A stretch of 63,946 nt of DNA, filler included, from Corallochytrium limacisporum Hawaii (taxonomy: Eukaryota; Protista; Pluriformea), in the NCBI GenBank assembly GCA_002811645.1. It is 6 parts of 6 records of this genome, joined end to end, with 100 filler letters (N's around TTAATTAATTAA, not from the genome) between each part and the next. Parts side by side here need not be neighbours in the genome. Positions count along the whole stretch, not along the records: positions 54,462 to 62,836 come from PDIP01000197.1; positions 62,937 to 63,946 come from PDIP01000245.1; 4 more parts are not named here. One strand, written 5' to 3'. The translations under genes and the position numbers were made by a program. This document shows, in pieces, positions 55,262-63,946 of this stretch (its first letter is position 1; each line of letters opens with the position of its first letter). The notes under the pieces were generated by a model. The model was not told where the DNA came from, did not search any database, and saw only the letters and a program-made list of their open reading frames with translations.

Positions 55262-57036
55262 TTAGAAACTAAGGTCGGCGCTCCGTCTGCTGCTGGCAGT
55301 AGAGCTCTGGGCAATGCTCGCGACGTAAGCAGACATAGCCGGGAAGTTCGGAGTCCCCAGGCCGGTGACAGGGTCCCAACCCGGTGCCGCGTTAAAGCCA
55401 GAACAGGGAGAATCGGGGTTCTTGCCAGACACGATGTCTGTGAAGGCCTGAGGCTTATCAACGGCCATTTGATACAGCAACGGGTTCAGGAAACCAAGCG
55501 TACTGCCTCCGTTCGCAATGCTCACATCGTTCAGTAAAGTGACGATACCGGCAACAGTAGGAGTCGAGCAAGACGTACCGTCAAGAAGGACAGGGGATCC
55601 CTCATAAATGATTTCATAGTAAGTGGAGAAACCAGAAATATCAGGGAAGGCACGACCAGTGGTGTTGAACTGATTGGAAGGTGGAAAGCTGATGGAGCTG
55701 TCCAGGTACGCGGTCACCTGGTCATTCTGGTAGTGCATTCTTGCAAACTGGTTGCTGAAGCCACCACCAGAGTGCGCCCAGCCCTTAGACGCACCATCCG
55801 TGCCGCCAACTGCGGTCACATATGGAGAGCTTGCCGGGAACCCAGGGTCGTTCGCACCACCGGAACAACCTACACCACTATCACCGGAAGCAACCAGAAG
55901 AGTGCGACCAGTTGTGCCAAGCTTCATGAACTGGACATTGGCTGAGTCCATGTTCTCCCAGTAACCTGATTCTTCTGAGAATCCGTAGCTCATGGACAGA
56001 ACATGTGGAGCATTGTCAGTTTCCAACACGGTAGCCACCCATGAAGCCAGATTGAAGAAATCTTCTTGGTAGAATACCCATGTCGCACAGCCCTTGCAAC
56101 TGCTCGTGATGTACTGGGTGTCCAAATTCGCTTCGTACTGTGGGCTGGCTGAATTGTTTGTCGGGCCAATAACCTTTTTGATGGCGTTGGAAGTGACGTC
56201 GAACTTCGACTGGAACTGCGCCAAATCCGCAGGGGAGAAATATTCCTCGTTTTGGCCATCAAAGAAGGATGCAACTGCCTGAGTGGATACCTGGGGCGCG
56301 CTAGGTGTGATCTGGTATTCTGAGAGGATCGCAGCTGGCGTGATCGGGTTGCTTGAACTGGGTGTGCCGGAGAACCTACGTCGACTGTCACCAGCCTTGG
56401 AAAGTTGGGCTTTGAAAGGTGTGTACCCAACAAGCATCAGCCCAGAAACGTCGAGCAATGCAGCAGACACCTCGTCCGGCACATGGTACTCCAACGTGCG
56501 GATGATTCGGCTGTCCTGGTTGTTGGGAGGTAGGTAGTAATTGAACTTCGCGGTAAAGGCCTTCTTGGCCTCGCCAACAGACATGTGCACGGTAATCAGG
56601 TCCTCAGCAAGATTCTTGGAGATACTGTTGCAGGCAANNNNNNNNNNNNNNNNNNNNNNNNNNNNNNNNNNNNNNNNNNNNNNNNNNNNNNNNNNNNNNN
56701 NNNNNNNNNNNNNNNNNNNNNNNNNNNNNNNNNNNNNNNNNNNNNNNNNNNNNNNNNNNNNNNNNNNNNNNNNNNATTATCTTCGTCCTCCACCTCACCG
56801 AGGTCCGTCCATCCGGATGGCATCTCTTGACGCTTAGTCTTGAGGCGATGGGAATTGACTCTCGCTTCAATGGGCAGATCAAGACTGCTCAGACCTCCTT
56901 GAGCAGGAATCTCCGCAAGTGGCTGTTCATAGCTATCCTCGTCAGCAAAGTCAAGGTTAACTTGCCGACGGCCGTGCACAGGGGCAACGATCTCAGCCTG
57001 GGCATTGCCCAGACCAACTGCTTCATAAACTTCCAT
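55262..57036 (-). CDS. Sedolisin (peptidase S53, tripeptidyl-peptidase 1-like), copy A; internal 138-N gap in the prodomain
   Basis: Catalytic EANLD (E-x3-D), oxyanion SGDSG, nucleophile GTSCSTP, GWDPVTGLGTPNF. Prodomain start MPSGWTDLG lies before gap 56638-56775. Start ATG 57036 is inferred. Confidence 0.9.
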
Positions 57037-57118
57037 GGTGAATGTGTCTTCTACAAAGTAGCTTGAGCTTGCATGGAAAAGCACAGTGCTATGACTTATG
57101 GAGTCTATCTCTTGGGCC

Positions 57119-57138
57119 AGATCCGCATCCTTTAAATA
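57119..57138 (-). promoter_or_regulatory. Putative TATA box followed by GGATGC-GGATCT
   Basis: Minus strand reads TATTTAAAGGATGCGGATCT, about 102 nt upstream of ATG 57036. Confidence 0.45.
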
Positions 57139-59985
57139 GCAACTGTCCAGATATGAGCTGTTTCTTCTGGCCACCCAGGAATTTCTCCTTGCAGAAGTCG
57201 TGAACATGTAAAACGATGCTCCAGTCCGTTGAACATGTCATCACCGACCGCTTTGCAGAAACCGTTCACTCGATGTGGCTACAACCTGAATGAGTTTTGT
57301 TGGTTGCGGCTGTGTGGCTGTTACAAACGGCAGGCGTTTTGTTTGATGGAATAAATTGATCGCGGGGAATGACGGAACACACGCAACTGCCACCCACTTT
57401 GTAATTTGACGGCACGTCAATACGCGACCTCGCGAGGCCAACTAGCGGGGACATGATCGTGGTCAATGAGCTCTCTTCGCCGGAAAGCTTCTTGTCAACG
57501 GAGCACTCCGAATACTGGCCACTAGATTACTTTGTATGTACCCCGATATCTTCATCATATGTACAAAGTCTTGACAAGTCCCGAGAAGCGCGCAAGATCC
57601 TGCTGTCGCGTTTCCCCCTCCCGCCCTATCGCGCGTCTGGGGGATATCGGGGAACTACCGGCGCAGGCTCCCCCCCTCCTTTTCCCCTCCCTCCCACCTG
57701 GCCTTCTCTACTACGCAAGCGCACTCTAGGACACACAGCCAGTCCAGGCGTATGCGAGCAATGGTGACGGCTGATACCCATTTTCGCTAGTATAACCACA
57801 TAACAATTTCCTACAATGGGCACACACCGATGCCTTTGTACATGTGCTCAATGAAGAACTCAGGACAACCACCGATATGATGGTCGTTTTGTTATCCATT
57901 AACGGGGACGTTCACCAGGCGTGTTTTGTGTTGCTAACTGCTGATCGTACGCGATCACACAAGATTCCCTGTGCTTGTCCAACAGACATCTTCTATTCGT
58001 TACAATCATGGGAGAAAAGCAAACACGCATTTCATAGAGAGCATCTTAAGGGCTCCAGTAGCTCAGTGTAGTGTGATTGCCGTCATTGTTTTGAATTGTG
58101 CGTCATAAAGTTAGGGATCTGACATCATGTAGCAGCTCAGTCCCATTGTTTAGGCCTTTGTTTGCTATTTTAGTTAGCACAAGGCAAAACGCCTATGAAA
58201 TACGTCCTTCACACAAGACTGTATGCATACACGGAGAGTCATGACAAAGATGAAACGAACTTGGTGGTGGTGGTTTATGTGAAGATGGCAGACGATAATG
58301 AGGAGCAATGATGACGATGACGAGTTTCGCGCAACTGGCGGCGGTCCGCACGGGTCGCGGGAAAAGCCAGTGAAGGTACATTGCTGATCGTAGTATGGCT
58401 TTGGACTGCTTGCAATGACGAGGGGATCAGAAATAGTAAAATCGCAGAGATTAAACCGTAGCCGATCACAAGAAACTATCCGGCTGCCCTAGCATGGCAT
58501 GTTGGCTGTTGATCATGGCAGACGACGATGCCGTTTCCACTCTTTGTGGGCCTTCGATGGCATCGGTACACGGTCAGTAGAGCAGCGGCAGAGTTCCTCC
58601 TCCAGCTGGTGAGTTTTAAAGGACACCAGAACAGTCATTATGGCAACGGATGGATATCTTAGTGGTCCCGTAAGTTCAGGCACAGGCCATGTCGATCGGA
58701 AGATTGATTTGAGCTCCGGTCCGCAGAGTGTACTCATTCTGATTTCGCAACACGCAGGCAGGCATTCGTAAAGTTAAAAAGATGCACAGATTTTCTAGTC
58801 CATTGATCACAATTCGAGAGATGATCTCATTTCCACCACCCCTTTCCCGAAGCACGGCAGGATGTCGTCGGCCCCGAAAGGTTGGAGGAAATGGGATGGC
58901 CTATATTCTGGACGAGTAGCAGCGGCACTGTGTAGCCCAGGAGAGTGGGTGGGTAGGACGCCGGCGGGTTCTTTGACACTGCAGCGCATCCAATGTGAAA
59001 GGACCGGAGTAGGGAATACTGCCGGAGGCGGGAAAAAAAACACAATGGGCGGCGAGAGAACAGTTTCTAAGACGAATAGAGAAGGTGGACGTAAGCAAAT
59101 TCCAGTGTCCCCTATACTGCAGCCCAGGCGGGGGCGCTCAGCTTGGGGACATCTTATAGCGCAGCGGTACTTTGTTTCTTTGAAATAATAGAGATGGTCC
59201 GAAGGCGTCGGTTTCTGCGCAGGACCATGTCACAATTATGGATTACTCCGTACGCCCCCTTATTGACGTAATATCGATACGACCATTAGAGTATCAAATG
59301 ATATTTCCAAACAATAACTGCCCTGTGCGGCTACTGTTGCGTTATTGATTGATCCTATGGAGAATGGCTCCCCCTAGGCCAAAACCCTTCGTACCATCTC
59401 GTCCCGACGACAATGAGCAGCAGGCAGCAGCAACAACAGAGCCGCGTCGACGGTGCGCAGTTCCCAAGAACCGAAGTGTGTGGCAATGCCGGTGGTGGTA
59501 ACAGCACTATGATAGCGCACTCGCGTGCGCACAATACCAGGTCAAGGAAGATCGTCAGGTTATGTGCGCACACGATCATTTTGTTTTCCGATTGTTGATT
59601 GAAGAATAAAAACTAAAGGAAAAAAATAGCTGAAGCTTACACCTATGCAGACACAACTCTGAACCGTAGGCGCCCACCGCGCTGCATCGGGACTGCGCTA
59701 CCAGAACGTCGAAACAGCACGCAGTTGTTAATAGATTGGGCGAGTGTTGGAGTTCTGTGTGCGCCATTATGGATCAGACTCTTACTCACTGGCCAAGAAA
59801 TCAATTCACTTACTATCAGATACCGTGGTCTGTTCCGATCGAACGTGTTGCCGAGGATATGTCTTTGTGTTCCCCACAGAGAGAAAAGATCTTCACAGGA
59901 TTCCATATCCTCCGCTCTTCCTTCTAAGTTTGGAAGGCGCCCTATTAATTTTGGCCCTGTATTCCTTACAAGATTTGCTCCCCCC

Positions 59986-60115
59986 CCCTTTTCTCTTATT
60001 TCTTCACCTTGAGTCCAAACCACGAAAGCGGCGCAAAATCGCCCAAGCCCGCCCTTTTCTCTTATTTCTTCACCTTGAGTCCAAACCACGAACGCGGCCC
60101 AAAATCACCCAAGCC
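59986..60115. repeat. 66-bp non-coding tandem duplication
   Basis: cccttttctcttatttcttcaccttgagtccaaaccacgaa..aaaatc.cccaagcc starts at 59986 and 60052. Confidence 0.92.
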
Positions 60116-61268
60116 ATCATGCGACTATTCAATTAGGATCATTATGCAAGACACTCGGAGTTCCGGAACAAAATGCACCCACACTGCGGACAGGCACTCC
60201 AACTCTCAGCGACTGATGACTCAAGTGATAGTGTGGTGAATCGAAGAACGTGCTGACCTGGAATACTCTAGATAACTGCTCCGGGAGTCATGGAACTAGG
60301 CGTTCACAGAACCACAAGCAGAGTGCGGATCTAGGCCAATCGGAGGAGAGAAGGGCGGAAAGGGCAGAGCCGAGCCCGTAGAAAACCCCTGAGTCTTTGC
60401 AGCTCGCGAGTGTGCTAGGTACAAGAACATCGAAGAGAAACAGTTCTAACAACCAACGATTCCAAGCATTCTAATGGCAGGATTCTGGCATTCTGATCGC
60501 GTTGGTGATGGCACTTGTGCGATGCACATTTCGGACGTTTGACGTCATGTTCTCCTGAAGCCAAACACCACTAAAACGGCGACTGCAGCAGGATGCATCA
60601 TCTTGGTCACATTCCGAAAAGATTGAATGACGCAAGGTGTGTGAGCACAATGCTTCATGATGAACTCTTGCTTGTCGATTTATTTCCCATGCTCCTACAT
60701 TGTAAGTTGTCCTAACCTATGTTAGAAGAATAGCACAGACAGTCTCACATCCTTCCATTGACGATTGTACGGAGCGTCGTTGCGCCCTCCGAACAGTTAT
60801 GTCAACTACAGACATTGTACCAATGGGATGGCATCATTTTCCTCCACAGCTACACACGCGAGAAGCGTTCAGGTTGATGTGTCGTAAGTCTTGCTCGCTG
60901 TGCTGTCCCCAAATGCATTTTAGTTGATGTAGCGGATATTGTCGGCCGCAGTTTCCGCTCAGCAATGGAACTAGACACCATGGCCAGAAACTGTTCATCT
61001 CTTTAAATGCTGAGGTCGGCACTTTGCCTGGCTCCTACTAGTGCTGGTGGTGTTGTTCTGTGCGTAGCTCTTTATTCGTAATCAACCATGACCGAGAAAT
61101 GGGGAGTGCAGATCCTTGAGATCATCTGTGCCACCAAGAGGCTCAATGCCATTGGCTCCTTGTATCCGGTTGTGACGTTGCTTATATTGTCAAGCTACGC
61201 TGACGATGCCGGTGACCAAATGGAAATAAACCAAGCGACCTTAGTCGGGAGAAAGACTGACACCCTCA

Positions 61269-62836
61269 TTAGAAACTAAGGTCGGCGCTCCGTCGGCTGC
61301 TGGCAGTGGAGTTCTGGGCAATGCTCGCGACGTAATTAGACATTTCCTTGAAGTTGGGAGAACCAATGCCGGTGATGGGGTCCCAACCCGGTGCCGCATC
61401 AAAGCCAGAACAAACATCGAAGATGGTCGTGCCCTGGGCGCCGTTGTTGCCGGACTCGATGTCTGTGAACGCCTGAGGCTTATCAACGGCCATCTGATAC
61501 AGCAACGGGTTCAGGAAACCGAGCGTACTGCCTCCGTTCGCAATGCTAACATTGTTCAGCAAAGTAACAAGACCGGCAAAAACAGGAGTCGAGCAAGACG
61601 TACCGTCAAGAAGGACAGCTGTTCCATTGTAAATGATTTCATAGTAAGTGGAGAAAGCAGAAACATCAGGGAAGGCACGACCACTGGAGTTGTACACATA
61701 GGAAGGGGGAAGTGTGCTGGAGCTGTTCAGGTACGCTTCCACAAGGTCACTCTGGTAGCTCATTCTCGAAAACACATTGCTGAAGCCACCACCAGAGTCA
61801 GCCCAGCCCTCAGACACACCATCCGTGCCGCCAACTGTGGTCACATATGGAGAGCTTGCCGGGAACCCAGGGTCGTTCTTTTGGTCGGAACAACCTACAC
61901 CACTGTCGCCGGAAGCAACCAGAAGAGTGCGACCAGTCGTGCCAAGCTTCATGAACTGGACATTGGCTGCGTCCATGTTCTCCCAGTAACTCGATGCTTC
62001 TGAGTAGCCATAGCTCATGGACAGGACATCAGGAGCGTCGTCAGTGTCCGTCACGTTTATGGCCCAGTCAAGCAGATCGAAGAAATCTTCTTGGTAGAAT
62101 ACCCATGTCTCACAGCCCTGGCAAGTGCTAGTGATGTACTGGGTGTCCAAATTCGCTTCGTACTGTGGGGCAGTTCCATTGTTTGCCTTACCAACAACCT
62201 TGGCGATGGGGTTGGAAGTGACGTCGAACGTCGACTGGAACTGCGCCAAATCCGCAGGGGAGAAATATTCCTCGTTTTGGCCATCAAAGAAGGATGCGAC
62301 TGCCTGAGTGGATACCCGGGCAGCAGTAAGATTTTTGATCTCGTATTCTTGGAGAATCGCAGCTGGTGTGATCGGGTTGCTTGAACTGGGTGTGCCGGAG
62401 AACCTACGTCGACTGTCACCAGCCTTGGAAAGTTGGGCTTTGAAAGGTGTGTACTCAACAAGCATCAGCCCAGAAACGCCGAGCAGTGCAGCAGACACCT
62501 CGTCCGGCACATGGTACTCCAACGTGCGGATGATTCTACTGTGCTGGTTTTTGGGAGGTAGGTAATAGTTAAACTTCGCGGTAAAGGCCTTCTTGGCCTC
62601 GCCAACAGACATGTGCACGATAATCAGGTCCTCTGCAAGATTCTTGGAGATACTGTTGCAGGCAAAGCCTTGGAGCCAGCTCTCCACGACATCGATATGG
62701 TCCTGCTGGGGCCGTACCAAATCAGCCACTTCGTTCACATTAAGATATTGCTGGTAATTCGGGCTCTTCGGATTACTGACATCTTGTAGAGTTGCCTCCA
62801 GCTTTGCAACGTTCTGATTCTTCAGGGCGAAAATCA
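61269..62836 (-). CDS. Sedolisin (peptidase S53, TPP1-like), copy B; 5' end truncated by the contig end
   Basis: Frame is open to the spacer: IFALKNQNVAKLEATLQDVSNPKSPNYQQYL (activation prodomain), then EANLD, SGDSG, GTSCSTP. Confidence 0.93.
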
Positions 62837-62936
62837 NNNNNNNNNNNNNNNNNNNNNNNNNNNNNNNNNNNNNNNNNNNNTTAATTAATTAANNNNNNNN
62901 NNNNNNNNNNNNNNNNNNNNNNNNNNNNNNNNNNNN
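62837..62936. other. Artificial contig-joining spacer
   Basis: N44-TTAATTAATTAA-N44. Confidence 0.97.
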
Positions 62937-62968
<32 letters not shown>

Positions 62969-63056
62969 GGTCCCCCTATCCTTTCCTTGTCTCCATCTTC
63001 TCTGGTTTACACGTAGCTTTGGTATACAAAAAACCCCCTCCCGGACCACTACCACC

Positions 63057-63060
<4 letters not shown>

Positions 63061-63101
<41 letters not shown>
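63061..63101. repeat. (AC)20 microsatellite
   Basis: Direct reading of the sequence. Confidence 0.97.
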
Positions 63102-63105
<4 letters not shown>

Positions 63106-63910
63106 CTATGTCTCTCTTCCCCCTGTACCCGATGTCTCAGTCGATGACACTAGAGCCGCTATGAGCCTCTCTTGCTGCTACTGCTACTGCTGGTGGTGGT
63201 GCTGGTGGTTGCTGGTGGTCGTCGTCGCCCTCTCTGGTCCCCCCACCCCCCAAGAGGGCCGCCGGGACCCCAATCGGGCGAACTGAGAAGGACACGGTTC
63301 GTACCTGGGCTGAGAGTACCAGCGCTGTTGGCTAGGTCGGCTGTCCTAGTACAGACACACACACACACACACTCACTCACAGCCTCTCTCTCTCGGCTCT
63401 GCTCTCCGTAACCTTGCCGCCTTGCGTGTGTCTGTGTGACCGTGCCAGAGCATGTCCCGGAGGGAGGGGGAAGTCCTGGTGAGTTATATGTGATACCACC
63501 GATCTGTTTTAACCATGGGAGAAACATCTCTTCGAGATTAGAGACCCAAAGATTCGGGTCAGGACAAAAAAGGTGGGCCATTTGCTTTTTGATATGTGCC
63601 CCCGGCTCCTTTGGTTTTTAGCTTGGGCGAAACTCGCCTCTCCCTCCCCCCACAACCACCCTTGCCAACCCTTCCCTGGTCATTTTCTTCCGCCCCTAAA
63701 CAATTAAAAAATATGGAATTTCTTTTTTTTTTTGCCCTCTTTCCCTATCTACGGTGCAGCGGGGAGAGGAGGAAAGACCCCGGGGGAGGGTAACGGGGCC
63801 CGCGCAGTGGACACAAAGGAGAGAGACTGTGGCGAGAGAGTGGTGAGTATGCATGCCTTTTGGCGCCGGAGGGGGAGGGGGGGGTCGAGTCTTGGGTGGC
63901 GCAGGGTGGG

Positions 63911-63946
63911 TCTCTGTCTCTGTCTCTGTCTCTGTCTCTGTCTCTG
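63911..63946. repeat. (TCTCTG)6 microsatellite running to the window end
   Basis: Direct reading of the sequence. Confidence 0.97.

Noticed and set aside
57800-58740. Hydrophobic minus-strand fragments between the sedolisins
   Set aside because: Non-ATG starts, in-frame stops and no recognisable family.

Overview
Eukaryotic nuclear DNA from a very intron-poor opisthokont, probably a unicellular holozoan. EF-1alpha carries the opisthokont insertion, LRSAM1- and SUR-like genes are present, and RPB2, the ABCC, MORC, RPS6 and RPL37 are all single-exon; a Corallochytrium-like organism is an inference only. The window is six contigs joined by artificial 100-bp N44-TTAATTAATTAA-N44 spacers, so synteny across spacers is unproven. 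Housekeeping genes: PSF2, RPS6, EEF1A, RPB2, ALG10, RPL37, an Mpv17/PMP22 protein. Regulatory genes: an LRSAM1-like E3 ligase, an F-box/LRR protein, a MORC ATPase. Secreted or accessory genes: a frameshifted Cys-containing secreted protein, a divergent pair of paralogous 4-Cys secreted proteins of a family I do not recognise, two tandem sedolisin (S53/TPP1-like) peptidases, and a two-domain glycosyltransferase. Top candidate for a new system: a secreted polyprotein of near-identical 59-aa six-cysteine repeats (scorpion-toxin/defensin-like C-x5-C-x3-C start, Gly-Arg site, X-Pro/X-Ala spacer), co-oriented on one contig with a sulfonylurea-receptor-like ABCC and the glycosyltransferase. Also notable: a MORC whose reader is a full PHD finger that retains CW-finger-like sequence, and a TATA + tandem RGAT motif upstream of four secreted-protein genes and sedolisin A. 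No rRNA, tRNA, CRISPR or recognisable transposon was seen.
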